DNA of 19,637 nucleotides from Hormoscilla sp. (GCA_051439505.1 JBFRWI010000037.1:1-19637); one strand, 5' to 3'. Shown: positions 1-9,889, numbered from the stretch's first letter. Translations and numbers: made by a program. The notes: a model not told the origin generated them from the letters alone.

Positions 1-1502
1 GTGAGTTTGTCCAATGTGCTTTGAGAAATCACGATTTCTCCAGCTTCAGCGACGCTACATATCCGACTGGTAACATTAGTCGTGTCGCCAATGTGAGCGT
101 ACTGAATCAGTTTTTGAGAGCCGATGTTTCCCGATGCTACTTTGCCCGTGTTCAGTCCAATGTGGATAGAAATCTGTCGCTTACCCTGCTGCTGCCACTT
201 GCGGTTCAGATCAGTTAAAGCCCGCTGCATTTCGCAGGCGGCATTGAGGGCCCGATCGGCATCATCTGGCTGGCGATAGGGCGCACCCCAAACAGCAAGC
301 AAGGCGTCCCCAATATATTTCTCTAAAGTGCCTTCGTACTTAAACACGATTTCCTCGACCATGATCGTAAAATACTCGTTGAGCATCTCTATTATCTGGC
401 GCGGTTCCATAGTCGATGACATTTGGGTAAAGCTGCTAATGTCGGCAAACATGGCCGTTACCTCCGTATCGACAATCTTTAACTCCCCTTCTTCTCTTAT
501 TTTTCTGGTTACTGCTTTGGGAAAGAAATGTTCCAGTCGATCGCGCATCACTGCTTCTGCTTGGTTCTTTTGATAGAGTTGGGAATTTTCAATGGCGATC
601 GCGACAGTGTTGGCCATTCCCGTCAGGAACTCCAAATCTTCTTGGGAGTAAATATTGGACATGGATAAATTATCAACATATAATACCCCGATCGTCTTTT
701 CTCGCGGTTTCAGGGGGACGCACATCGAGGCATGGATATTTTGTTGAAGAATCGATTGAGCATCTCCTAACTGACTGTCTTGGCAAGCATCGGAAATTAA
801 GATCGCCTCTCCCCGATCCAGTACCCCATTAGCGATCCGTTTGCTGTAGAACTGAGTATTTGCTGTAATTCCCGATCGGACCTTGACTTTTTTCAGTTCC
901 AATTGCCCTGTTTTTTCGTTTACCATCAAGATCGACCCTCGGTCCACATTCATAATCTCGAACAGCAAGTCGAGTATTTTCTCTAGCAGTCGGTCGGGTT
1001 CTTCCGGAGAAGACAGCTGTTTGCTCACTTCGAGCAGAATTTTCAATTTATTCTCGGCCCGCACCGCCGGATCTTGGTCCCGCAGCATCAGGACGGACTT
1101 GTCTGCCTGCTTGGGATATAATAATTCCTCAAGTGCCGTGCTAGTCTTCTCCGGCGCTAATCGGGTGACAATTATCCCATCGGATTGGTCTTTATCCTCG
1201 TCAACAAATTTGAAAGCCACGTTGCCACAACGAACCAGATCGCCATCCTTCAGGGGGCTACTTTTAATTGGTACCTCATTGACAAAGGTACGATTCTTGC
1301 TATCTAGATCCTTGATGCTTGCCACTCCATCTGCCGCGATCGCAATCTCGGCATGATAACGGGACATACTGCTATCCTTGACAACTATATTATTGTCAGG
1401 TACACGTCCGATCCTGTTAGTCTCTTCTGACTGCAATTGATAAATTTTTTGCTCTGATGTTTCCGGAACGGTATTATCGGGATTTGATATTAAATACTTC
1501 AT
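1..1502 (-). CDS. FHA-GAF-class III adenylate/guanylate cyclase (CyaD-like architecture), 3' end outside the window
   Basis: Hand translation from ATG at 1502 (AAGGAG 8 nt upstream). MKYLISNPD...RIGRVPDNNIVVKDSSMSRYHAEI...DLDSKNRTFVN gives FHA motifs. KLKILLEVSKQL...SMCVPLKPREKTIGVLYVDN...EDLEFL gives GAF. TAMFADISSFT, EKYIGDA, IHIGLNTG and GDTTNVTSRI give the cyclase. No stop was seen before the window edge. Confidence 0.93.
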   Translation of the reverse strand, partial: MKYLISNPDNTVPETSEQKIYQLQSEETNRIGRVPDNNIVVKDSSMSRYHAEIAIAADGVASIKDLDSKNRTFVNEVPIKSSPLKDGDLVRCGNVAFKFVDEDKDQSDGIIVTRLAPEKTSTALEELLYPKQADKSVLMLRDQDPAVRAENKLKILLEVSKQLSSPEEPDRLLEKILDLLFEIMNVDRGSILMVNEKTGQLELKKVKVRSGITANTQFYSKRIANGVLDRGEAILISDACQDSQLGDAQSILQQNIHASMCVPLKPREKTIGVLYVDNLSMSNIYSQEDLEFLTGMANTVAIAIENSQLYQKNQAEAVMRDRLEHFFPKAVTRKIREEGELKIVDTEVTAMFADISSFTQMSSTMEPRQIIEMLNEYFTIMVEEIVFKYEGTLEKYIGDALLAVWGAPYRQPDDADRALNAACEMQRALTDLNRKWQQQGKRQISIHIGLNTGKVASGNIGSQKLIQYAHIGDTTNVTSRICSVAEAGEIVISQSTLDKL

Positions 1503-1527
1503 GGCTCTGGCTCCTTGTATGATAATT

Positions 1528-1563
1528 GCTAATTGTCAATTACCATGGCAATTAACAATTAGC
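1528..1563 (-). terminator. Stem-loop between pnp and the cyclase gene (terminator or mRNA-stabilising hairpin built from CAATTA(A/G)-type heptamers)
   Basis: The minus strand reads GCTAATTGTTAATTGCC-AT-GGTAATTGACAATTAGC. Both imperfect positions are G-U pairs on this strand only. It lies about 18 nt after the pnp stop and has no clear U-tract. Confidence 0.5.
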
Positions 1564-1581
1564 GACTCGTGACAGGACAAT

Positions 1582-3729
1582 TTAGTTAACGGTTTCGCGA
1601 GCAGCCGCAGCTTCGTCGGGGTGAATTCCCAGACGAGTGAGATTAATCCGGCCCTTTTCGTCGATCCCGCGCACCTTCACGATCACCTCATCACCAACAT
1701 TTACCTCGTCCTCTACTTTGGGAACGCGGTAATCAGCTAGCTGGGAGATGTGAATCATCCCTTCCTTTCCGGGCAGAAACTCCACAAAGGCACCAATACC
1801 AATAATCCGGGTAACGCGACCCACAAAGACATCACCCTGATTGATTTTTTTGGTCATGCCCACGATGATGTTGCGTGCCTCCCGGGCTTTATCGCCATTG
1901 ATGGATGAGATAATCACCGTGCCATCGTCTTCAATGTCTACCTTAGCACCTGTTTGTTCGGTAATGCCCTTGATGGTCTTACCGCCCGGGCCGATAATCA
2001 GACCGATCAGTTCTGGAGCGATCTTCATCATTAACAAGCGCGGTGCATAGGGCGACATCTCCTCACGCGGTGCGGAAATCGTTGAAAGCATTTTCTCTAG
2101 GATATGCATCCGCGCTGGTTTGGCCTCATTAATCGCTTGGGCAATCACCGACAGGGGCAAACCGGTGAGTTTCATGTCCAGTTGCAGGGCCGTGATTCCC
2201 GTGTCCGTCCCTGCTACCTTGAAGTCCATATCTCCCAGGAAATCTTCAATTCCCTGAATATCGGTGAGAATGCGAATTTCTTCTCCTTCCTTGATCAAAC
2301 CCATCGCTGCACCGCTGACTGGTTTAATCAGGGGGACTCCCGCATCCATCAGGGACAGGGTGGAACCGCAGACCGAACCCATTGATGTGGAACCATTGGA
2401 AGATAGCACTTCCGATACTACCCGGATCACGTAGGGAAAATCTTCTTTCGCTGGTATTACCGGCGCTAAGGCCCGTTCCGCCAGGGCGCCATGACCTATT
2501 TCCCGCCGTCCGGGCGATCGCATGGGTTTGGTTTCCCCCACGGAGTAGGGCGGGAAGTTATAGTGGTGGAGATAGCGCTTCTCAAAGTCGGGATGGAGGT
2601 CATCCATTTCTTGAGCATCTCCCGAGGTTCCCAAGGTGACTATAGACATCACCTGAGTTAGACCCCGGTTAAACAAGGCGCTACCATGTACCCGCGTCGG
2701 CAAAACTCCTACCTGGCAAGAGATGGGACGCACTTCATCTAGTTTGCGACCGTCAACCCGGACACCCTCTTGCACGATTTGCGCCCGCATCAATTCCTTG
2801 GTAACCTGCTTGAAGGTATTGCCTACTGCTGCTGAGTTAGCTTCCGCAGCAATGCGGATCTCCTCGTCCTCGCCCAGTTCTCCTATGGGAACGACTACTT
2901 CGGTTTCCTTAATCTCATCTAATGCTGTATCCCGCTGATGCTTGTCCAACTCGTACTGAGACAGCACTGCTTTGATCTTGGTGGTGGCGCGATCGCGGAT
3001 AAAATTCTCTAGAGTCGGGTCTACTGTCGGGGGTTCGGCCACAACCTTTTCTATACCCAGTTCCTCCATCAGCTCAAGCTGTGCTTTAATCAGGTCGCAG
3101 ACTGCCTCATAGCCGAAGTCGATCGCTTCTATGATATCCCGTTCTGGTAGCTGGGATGCTCCCGCCTCTACCATAATTACGCCATCGGGAGAACCGGCGA
3201 CCACCAGGTCTAAATCCCCATTTTCCAGTTCGCTATAGGTGGGGTTGATCACGAAGTCATCCCCCATTAACCCCACCCGCACAGCTGCCATTGGTCCGTT
3301 AAAGGGGATCTTCGCTAGCAATACCGCGATCGAAGCACCCGTCACCGCCAGTACATCTGGAGGCACCCGATCGTCCATCGACAGGGTCGTCGCCACTATC
3401 TGGATTTCATCCCGCAACCATTGTGGAAACAATGGACGCAGGGGACGGTCGATTAACCGGCTCGCCAGAATGGCCTTTTCCGCAGGACGGCCCTCGCGGC
3501 GCAAGAAACCTCCTGGTATCCGCCCCGCTGCGTACAGTCTTTCTTCGTAATCTACCAGCAGGGGCAGAAAATCAATCCCCTCTCTTCCCGGTGCCCTGGT
3601 TGCCGTCACTAAAACGGCTGTATCTCCCGATTGAATCAGTACCGAACCATTCGCCTGTGGCGCAAATACTCCTACTTTGAGTCGAATATCCCGTCCGTCA
3701 AAGGATATTGACTTGTCTATCTCTCCCAT
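1582..3729 (-). CDS. pnp: Polyribonucleotide nucleotidyltransferase (PNPase)
   Basis: 715 aa with [55 protein letters not shown] and [13 protein letters not shown]. The KH ([10 protein letters not shown]) and S1 (EGMIHISQL) domains are present. Confidence 0.99.
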   Translation of the reverse strand: MGEIDKSISFDGRDIRLKVGVFAPQANGSVLIQSGDTAVLVTATRAPGREGIDFLPLLVDYEERLYAAGRIPGGFLRREGRPAEKAILASRLIDRPLRPLFPQWLRDEIQIVATTLSMDDRVPPDVLAVTGASIAVLLAKIPFNGPMAAVRVGLMGDDFVINPTYSELENGDLDLVVAGSPDGVIMVEAGASQLPERDIIEAIDFGYEAVCDLIKAQLELMEELGIEKVVAEPPTVDPTLENFIRDRATTKIKAVLSQYELDKHQRDTALDEIKETEVVVPIGELGEDEEIRIAAEANSAAVGNTFKQVTKELMRAQIVQEGVRVDGRKLDEVRPISCQVGVLPTRVHGSALFNRGLTQVMSIVTLGTSGDAQEMDDLHPDFEKRYLHHYNFPPYSVGETKPMRSPGRREIGHGALAERALAPVIPAKEDFPYVIRVVSEVLSSNGSTSMGSVCGSTLSLMDAGVPLIKPVSGAAMGLIKEGEEIRILTDIQGIEDFLGDMDFKVAGTDTGITALQLDMKLTGLPLSVIAQAINEAKPARMHILEKMLSTISAPREEMSPYAPRLLMMKIAPELIGLIIGPGGKTIKGITEQTGAKVDIEDDGTVIISSINGDKAREARNIIVGMTKKINQGDVFVGRVTRIIGIGAFVEFLPGKEGMIHISQLADYRVPKVEDEVNVGDEVIVKVRGIDEKGRINLTRLGIHPDEAAAARETVN

Positions 3730-4115
3730 GCAACACTATGCCCTTTAGTTTTCTCTTGTTTATTTCCTAATAGTCGCAATCCTAGCATTGATATCCCCAG
3801 TTGGTCCCTGTCATATCTGCTTGTACCCCACTGCAAGTCAACATCTACTGTAAGTATTTGACTATATTTATCATCGTTTGGCGCTTGTCAAGCATCATTG
3901 GGCGGATGATAGCCAAAAACCGGGTTTGGTGAGTCTTTCAGGATCCAGGCTGTATTAGCATATATACTATAATTGTCTATGAGTAAAAAGATTAATTTTG
4001 CGAGGCTGTTGCTGGATGCATTTTTCGCCATGGGTTGTATAATACCGCTGTGAGCGATCGGCGAGCGGTGATCGGAAAATATCACCATAAACAATTGGCA
4101 ATTAAAAATTAAAAT

Positions 4116-7100
4116 ATGGGAATTTTACACGGGAGTTGGTTAAGTCAGGGTGAGTTGTTGATTTGGGGAGAAACCTGGCGCTTCGATATGGCGGTGAAAG
4201 TTACTCAATTGGATGGGAAATATCGCCATCCTTTGGGGATGACATCAGCCGATCTGCAATCTTTTTGGGAAACTATACAACAGCAGCATCAAATTAGTTG
4301 GTCAATACCGCAGCAAGAGGTGAAATGGCAATCTCAGGTGATTTCACTGCCAACTAAGATCGCCCTCTTAACTACAAGCCGCAGAAAAGGCTTGCGTTCC
4401 CAGGCGGTAGCCAGGAAACGAGAAGAAGAAGGTTTATTTTCAGCTGCACCTCAGCATTCATCTGCACTACCAGAGGATGGAGAGTTGTTTTTGTTTCCCT
4501 GGGAAGTGGAAGGACTCTGCTTAAATACTAAGGCGACAATCGAGTTTTTGCAAGCTTTGCCCCTGTCCGGGCGAGAGGATGCTTGGTTAGGGTCAGATCT
4601 GCGCTTTTGGTCTCACCTCTATCGCTGGAGTCTGGATTTATTGGCCAGAGGTAAGTTTTTGCCCACCCTCAAGGGGAATGTCGCTTGCTGGCAACCTCTG
4701 TTAGATAGCAGTATAGACCAATCCCGTCTGGCTCATTTTGCTCGGACTATGCCAGATATTTGTCGCAGCTATATGGTTCCTAGGGTAAACACTAAAGTGT
4801 TTACTACGAACAGAAACGATTTGCCGATCGCACCTCAAGATTTGATTGGGGAATTCTTGAATAGGGCGATCGATTCCCAAGTTCGCCTTGTCGCGAATGC
4901 CAATACCCTGCCAAGGACTGCATCCCCAGTACGAGACTGGTTACAAGCTTTAACTTCCGCAAATGGTACCATGGCAGCAACCGGGATAGAAAGCATTTCG
5001 GGGGCGATCGATAATTGGACGGCACCGGTACAACAGCTGCTACAAGGACGGCAAGGTTTCTTGACTTGCTTTAAGCTACATCCTCCTCGTCACGAAGATT
5101 GGATGTTGGAGTATTGCTTGCAAGCAGCCGATGACCCCGAATTTATTGTAGATGCAACTACTATATGGAATAATCCTGTCGAACGCTTGGTGGTGCGCGA
5201 TCGCGCGATCGAACAACCCCAAGAAACTTTCCTGAGTAGTTTGGGTTTAGCTTCCCGGTTATTCCCACCAATTGAAGCCAGTTTAGAAACCCCACGTCCC
5301 CTGTTCTGTCGCCTAACACCGGTGCAAGCCTATGAGTTTATTAAGTCGGCGGCCTGGCGTTTCCAAGATAGCGGTTTAGCAGTAATTTTACCCCCATCTC
5401 TGGCCAATAGAGAAGGGCTTGCTAGTCGCTTGGGGTTAAGTATTCGGGCCACCAATCCTAAGTTGAAAAAGACGGAAAAAATTGGGTTGCAGAGTCTGCT
5501 CAATTTTAAGTGGGAATTGACGATCGGGCAACAGCGTTTGTCGGAAGCTGAATTTAACGAACTGATCTCTCGGGGTTCTCCCTTAGTGCAAATAAATGGG
5601 GAATGGGTGGAGTTGCGACCTCAGGATGTCCGCGCTGCTGAAGAGTTCTTTGCCAGTCGCCAAGACAAGGTGAATCTTTCTTTAGAAGATGCCTTGCGGA
5701 TCGCTACGGGGGATACCCAGACAATCGAAAAGCTGCCAGTTGTCAGTTTTGAGACGTCAGGCGTACTGCAAGAGTTACTTGCTAACTTAACAGATAATAA
5801 ATCTATAGAGGCGATCGCGACTCCGGCCAATTTCCGAGGCGAGTTGCGTCCTTACCAGGCCCGGGGCGCTGGTTGGCTGGCATTTTTGCAGCGCTGGGGT
5901 TTGGGTGCTTGTCTGGCAGATGATATGGGGTTGGGAAAGACGATCGAACTGATTGCTTTTCTGCTACACCTTCAAGGACAAGATGCCCTCATAGCACCGA
6001 CCCTGCTAGTTTGTCCTACTTCAGTATTAGGGAATTGGGAGCGAGAAGTCAAGCGATTTGGCCCCAGCCTGAAAACTCTGGTGCATCACGGGGATAAAAG
6101 GGCTAAGGGTAAGGCTTTTGCTCGGACTATTAAGGAACGGAATTTGATCCTTACCAGTTATAGTCTCGCTTTCCGAGATGAAAAGGAACTCTCAAGTGTG
6201 GAATGGCAAGCTGTGGTTTTGGATGAGGCCCAGAATATTAAAAATCCCGGCAGCAAGCAGTCCCAAGCGGTGCGTCAGTTACAGACAGAGTGGCGCATTG
6301 CCCTCACGGGAACGCCAGTAGAAAATAAGCTGCAAGAGTTGTGGTCGATTATGGATTTTCTCAATCCCGGCTATTTGGGTACGCGGCAATTTTTCCAGCG
6401 CCGGTTTGCCATGCCCATAGAGAAGTATGGAGACCCCAATTCTTTGCAGACCTTGCGATCGCTTGTTGGACCCTTTATCCTCCGCCGCCTGAAGACCGAT
6501 CGGGATATCATCCAAGATTTGCCCGAGAAACAGGAGATGACGGTATTCTGCGGACTATCCTCAGCACAAGCGGAACTATATCAAGAGGTTGTAGATAAGT
6601 CCTTAAGCAAGATCGATTCATCTGATGGCATCATGCGTCACGGATTAATTCTAGCTTTGCTGACTAAACTCAAGCAAATCTGCAATCATCCCGCCCAATT
6701 CCGCAAGCAAAAAACCTTGACAAATCCCACCGAATCTAGTAAACTGATGCGGTTAGAGTCAATGCTGTCAGAGGCGATGTCAGAGGGAGATCGGGCTTTA
6801 ATCTTCACCCAATTTGCGGAATGGGGTAAACTGCTAAAACCCTATCTGGAACTGCAACTGGGCAGCGAAGTGTTGTTGCTCTACGGTAACACGCGGAGGA
6901 GCGATCGCGAAAAGATGGTCGATCGCTTCCAGCAGGATCCTCAAGGACCGAAAATCATGATTATGACTCTGAAAGCGGGGGGCGTGGGACTGAACCTCAC
7001 TCGGGCAAATCACGTATTTCACTTCGACCGTTGGTGGAACCCAGCGGTGGAAAATCAAGCAACCGATCGGGCCTTCAGAATTGGTCAAACCCGCAACGTG

Positions 7101-7283
7101 CAGGTACATAAGTTTGTTTGTAGTGGTACTTTGGAGGATAAAATTCACGAAATGATTGAAAGTAAAAAACTGCTAGCAGAACAAGTAGTAGGTACGGGAG
7201 AAGAGTGGTTAACAGAACTGGATAGCGAGCGGTTGCGGGATCTGTTATTACTCGATCGCAGTACCATAATAGATGAAGAATAG
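4116..7283 (+). CDS. SNF2-family (SWI2/SNF2) helicase/ATPase with a long N-terminal extension
   Basis: 1055 aa with LRPYQ, Walker A LADDMGLGKT, Walker B DEAQ, ALTGTPVEN, FILRRLK, LKAGGVGLNLTRANHVFHFDRWWNPAVENQATDRAFRIGQ. Confidence 0.96.
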   Translation: MGILHGSWLSQGELLIWGETWRFDMAVKVTQLDGKYRHPLGMTSADLQSFWETIQQQHQISWSIPQQEVKWQSQVISLPTKIALLTTSRRKGLRSQAVARKREEEGLFSAAPQHSSALPEDGELFLFPWEVEGLCLNTKATIEFLQALPLSGREDAWLGSDLRFWSHLYRWSLDLLARGKFLPTLKGNVACWQPLLDSSIDQSRLAHFARTMPDICRSYMVPRVNTKVFTTNRNDLPIAPQDLIGEFLNRAIDSQVRLVANANTLPRTASPVRDWLQALTSANGTMAATGIESISGAIDNWTAPVQQLLQGRQGFLTCFKLHPPRHEDWMLEYCLQAADDPEFIVDATTIWNNPVERLVVRDRAIEQPQETFLSSLGLASRLFPPIEASLETPRPLFCRLTPVQAYEFIKSAAWRFQDSGLAVILPPSLANREGLASRLGLSIRATNPKLKKTEKIGLQSLLNFKWELTIGQQRLSEAEFNELISRGSPLVQINGEWVELRPQDVRAAEEFFASRQDKVNLSLEDALRIATGDTQTIEKLPVVSFETSGVLQELLANLTDNKSIEAIATPANFRGELRPYQARGAGWLAFLQRWGLGACLADDMGLGKTIELIAFLLHLQGQDALIAPTLLVCPTSVLGNWEREVKRFGPSLKTLVHHGDKRAKGKAFARTIKERNLILTSYSLAFRDEKELSSVEWQAVVLDEAQNIKNPGSKQSQAVRQLQTEWRIALTGTPVENKLQELWSIMDFLNPGYLGTRQFFQRRFAMPIEKYGDPNSLQTLRSLVGPFILRRLKTDRDIIQDLPEKQEMTVFCGLSSAQAELYQEVVDKSLSKIDSSDGIMRHGLILALLTKLKQICNHPAQFRKQKTLTNPTESSKLMRLESMLSEAMSEGDRALIFTQFAEWGKLLKPYLELQLGSEVLLLYGNTRRSDREKMVDRFQQDPQGPKIMIMTLKAGGVGLNLTRANHVFHFDRWWNPAVENQATDRAFRIGQTRNVQVHKFVCSGTLEDKIHEMIESKKLLAEQVVGTGEEWLTELDSERLRDLLLLDRSTIIDEE

Positions 7284-7309
7284 GTTTGTAGTAAGCGCAA
7301 AGCGCGCTT
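7283..7309 (+). repeat. GTAG-type short palindromic dispersed repeat (REP/SDR-like), copy 1
   Basis: GGTTTGTAGTAAGCGC (7283-7298) is the exact reverse complement of 17104-17119. It is followed by an imperfect AAGCGC...GCGCTT stem. Confidence 0.6.
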
Positions 7310-7350
7310 CTTCGATCGAAAAAATTTGCAATTAACCGGAGGATGAGATA

Positions 7351-8166
7351 ATGAATTCGACAATAGCACGGGAATGGTGGACCGAAAGATGGTTAGAACT
7401 GTTAGATAAATATCGTTTCAAGAAGCGTTTAGAAAGGGCGCGGAACTATGCGCGAGAGGGAAATGTTCTCAGCATTGAGTTTCGAGACCAGAAGGTAGTG
7501 GCGAAAGTCCAGGGTTCAGAAGCAGAACCCTACCAACTGTCAATCTGGATGGATACTTTCACGGATGAAGAATGGAATTATGTAATTGAAACCATGTCCC
7601 AGCGGGCAATATTTGCCGCCAAGTTGCTGGCGGGGGAAATGCCCGATAATATAGAAGAGGTGTTTACGGCCAATGGGTTGAGTCTTTTTCCCTTTACCCT
7701 GCAAGAAGTCGGATCGCAATGCAGCTGTCCGGATAAAGCTAATCCTTGCAAGCATATAGGGGCGGTTTACTATTTGCTGGCCGATCGCTTCAGCGAGGAT
7801 CCCTTTGTGCTATTCCAGTTACGGGGACGTAAAAAAGAGCAAATCATCGGCCAACTCCGCCAGCTAAGAAGTGCCGAACCAGAGGAGTCTAATAATAATA
7901 AATCTGAGAACGAACCGGAAAGTACCAACTTTCAACCTCCCCAAATTGACCAATTCTGGAAATACGAGGCCCAACTGGATCCCGCCCTAGTGGTAATAGC
8001 GCCACCACCAAGTAATGAAACAATTATCGACGTCTTAGGAACGATACCTTTACCAGGGTCAGCAGGAAAAGCGGAAAATGCCGAAGCAGTAATGCAGTAT
8101 TTGCAGACAGTTTATCAGCAGGTAAGTCAGCAGGCAATTATGGCCGCGTTGCATCTAGATAATTAA
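7351..8166 (+). CDS. SWIM zinc-finger protein (SNF2-associated)
   Basis: CSCPDKANPCKH (CxC...CxH) SWIM motif, RLERARNYAREG and DPFVLFQLRG. GGAGG RBS upstream; directly downstream of the SNF2 gene. Confidence 0.92.
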   Translation: MNSTIAREWWTERWLELLDKYRFKKRLERARNYAREGNVLSIEFRDQKVVAKVQGSEAEPYQLSIWMDTFTDEEWNYVIETMSQRAIFAAKLLAGEMPDNIEEVFTANGLSLFPFTLQEVGSQCSCPDKANPCKHIGAVYYLLADRFSEDPFVLFQLRGRKKEQIIGQLRQLRSAEPEESNNNKSENEPESTNFQPPQIDQFWKYEAQLDPALVVIAPPPSNETIIDVLGTIPLPGSAGKAENAEAVMQYLQTVYQQVSQQAIMAALHLDN

Positions 8167-8305
8167 ACGGAGGGAAAATGCGAATTATCAATCTTAAATT
8201 GGTTGAGAATTCGCCGACTACTAAAAACCAGGTTTCGCAGCGCAGCCCCCAGAGGCGAGCAGTTACCTGGTTGATAAGATACCACAATTTTTTGAGATTG
8301 CTAAA

Positions 8306-8545
8306 TCACTGCAAAAGACTTTCTATTTCTTCATCAGTAAATCCAAATTGTCTCAAAATTCGCAGCACATAATGTGGTGAAAATTCCCTATATCCCATAT
8401 CGATGGGAACAACTCTTCTGCTCTTGTCCAACTCACGGCTATACAATCGATGGTCACCTTTCCCCTCTCGGTAGAAAATGCAGCCGCCAAGCCTTAAAAT
8501 ACGAATCAGCTCTCTTGGTTTGAGAGAAGGAATGTTCTTAGGCAT
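8306..8545 (-). CDS. hicA: HicA-family toxin (mRNA interferase)
   Basis: 79 aa, basic: IPSLKPRELIRIL...REGKGDH (G-x-H catalytic His)...VLRILRQFG. It overlaps the 3' end of the upstream antitoxin gene by 8 nt. Confidence 0.85.
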   Translation of the reverse strand: MPKNIPSLKPRELIRILRLGGCIFYREGKGDHRLYSRELDKSRRVVPIDMGYREFSPHYVLRILRQFGFTDEEIESLLQ

Positions 8546-8804
8546 GTATCGCCCTCAATTCATAGGTTTGCTGAGTAGGTTCTTGTTGTTCCAGAGTCAA
8601 AAATTCATGCAGTTCCTTAATAGGCACCGGTGCTAGATAAATGTTATCTTCTGATTCATAAACTTCTTGAAAGGACTCGATCGCCTCTTGAAGCTTGCTA
8701 ATAGCATCAGCTTGGGTGATTCCTTGACCGACTATACCATTCTCCAAACACAAAGCAACCCAGTAACTTGCGCTTTGACTCAATACCACCGTGTAAAAAT
8801 CCAT
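8538..8804 (-). CDS. hicB: HicB-family antitoxin, short form (88 aa, no obvious C-terminal DNA-binding domain)
   Basis: MDFYTVVLSQSASYWVALCLENGIVGQGITQADAISKLQEAI fits the HicB N-terminal pattern and the protein is acidic. The start was moved from 8900 to ATG 8804 because GAGGA lies just upstream of it. Confidence 0.8.
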   Translation of the reverse strand: MDFYTVVLSQSASYWVALCLENGIVGQGITQADAISKLQEAIESFQEVYESEDNIYLAPVPIKELHEFLTLEQQEPTQQTYELRAIHA

Positions 8805-8893
8805 GACTATTCCTCTATGAGAGAACTGCACTATCATATTAGCAAGGATCGCCAATGCCCAGGTTCGATCGTGGCGGACTTTAGTCCTTGCAC

Positions 8894-8923
8894 TTGACAT
8901 GGCCAGATAAAACAGCTTATAAT
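8894..8923 (+). promoter_or_regulatory. Consensus sigma70-type promoter upstream of tlyA
   Basis: TTGACA (8894-8899), 18-nt spacer, TATAAT (8918-8923). Both hexamers are perfect matches. Confidence 0.65.
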
Positions 8924-9044
8924 TTATGTTACCATAAAAGCTAGATGTTTGACATAAATATTAGGCTCATTGACAGATATAATAAATAGAGAATGGATGT
9001 CAAACTCCTCCTGGGGAGATAATTAGACCAGAAGAGAAAAACCC

Positions 9045-9857
9045 TTGGCGAAACAACGAATCGACAGTTTATTGGTAGAATTGAAATTATGCGAGTCGCG
9101 CCAGCTGGCCCAGCGGCTAATTCTGGCTGGAGAAGTAATGGTAAATCAGCAGGTGATTGACAAACCTGGCACGACCGTAGATACTAACTCCCAGATTAAG
9201 GTAAAGGCCCGATCGCCCTTCGTCTCCAGAGGCGGGGAAAAGCTACGAGGGGCCCTAGAGGAGTTTGCCATACCGGTGCAAGACCGGGTATGCTTAGATG
9301 GTGGCATTTCCACAGGTGGTTTTACTGACTGTTTGCTGCAAGCGGGGGCGGCACTGGTTTATGCTATTGATGTGGGCTACGGACAAGTTGACTGGCGCTT
9401 GCGTCAAGACCCCAGGGTGATATTGCTCGAACGTACCAATTTGCGATATCTTACTCCCGATCGCCTGTACGATGGCGCCGAACCAGCAGATTTAGGAGTG
9501 GTGGATGTCTCGTTTATCTCCCTGACCAAAATTATGCCTGCACTTTGGCAGCTACTTTCGCCTCCCAAAGAGGTAATATTGTTGGTGAAGCCGCAGTTTG
9601 AAGTCGGACGCGGGCGCGTCGGCAAAAAAGGAGTGGTCCGAGACCCCCAAGACCGGGCTAATGCAATACTACAAGTGTTGCAAACAGCATTACAGCTGGG
9701 GTGGCGCGATCGGGGCTTAATCCGATCGCCCTTAACCGGTCCAGCGGGTAATAGAGAATATCTCCTCTGGCTAGCAAAGTCCAGCGAGATGCCAGGGCTG
9801 ACACCCGAGGAGATATCGGCGATCGCCCAAGCTGGCCCAAAAGGCGATATCAACTAA
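9045..9857 (+). CDS. tlyA: TlyA-family rRNA (cytidine-2'-O)-methyltransferase (S4 + FtsJ-like domains)
   Basis: KQRIDSLLV (S4), FVSRGGEKL, LDGGISTGGFTDCLLQ, DVSFISL, LVKPQFEVG, GPAGNREYL. TTG start. Confidence 0.95.
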   Translation: MAKQRIDSLLVELKLCESRQLAQRLILAGEVMVNQQVIDKPGTTVDTNSQIKVKARSPFVSRGGEKLRGALEEFAIPVQDRVCLDGGISTGGFTDCLLQAGAALVYAIDVGYGQVDWRLRQDPRVILLERTNLRYLTPDRLYDGAEPADLGVVDVSFISLTKIMPALWQLLSPPKEVILLVKPQFEVGRGRVGKKGVVRDPQDRANAILQVLQTALQLGWRDRGLIRSPLTGPAGNREYLLWLAKSSEMPGLTPEEISAIAQAGPKGDIN

Positions 9858-9889
9858 CAAGTAAGTTCTTTGGGATCTAGCAAGATTAA

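Noticed and set aside
21..1356. Plus-strand ORFs 21-218, 328-573 and 883-1356
   Set aside because: Antisense shadows of the cyclase gene on the minus strand.
3888..4094. 68-aa minus-strand ORF between pnp and the SNF2 gene
   Set aside because: No recognisable motif or RBS; it lies in a divergent promoter region.
8805..8900. N-terminal extension of hicB in the ORF track
   Set aside because: The HicB pattern and RBS begin at ATG 8804, and the extension runs into promoter sequence.
8997..9020. ACTCCTC motif as Yfr1-type sRNA
   Set aside because: The sequence is ACTCCTCCTGG, not the ACTCCTCACAC motif, and there is no flanking terminator.
9045..9857. TlyA as a haemolysin/virulence factor
   Set aside because: The motifs fit the housekeeping rRNA methyltransferase, and nothing here supports a toxin role.
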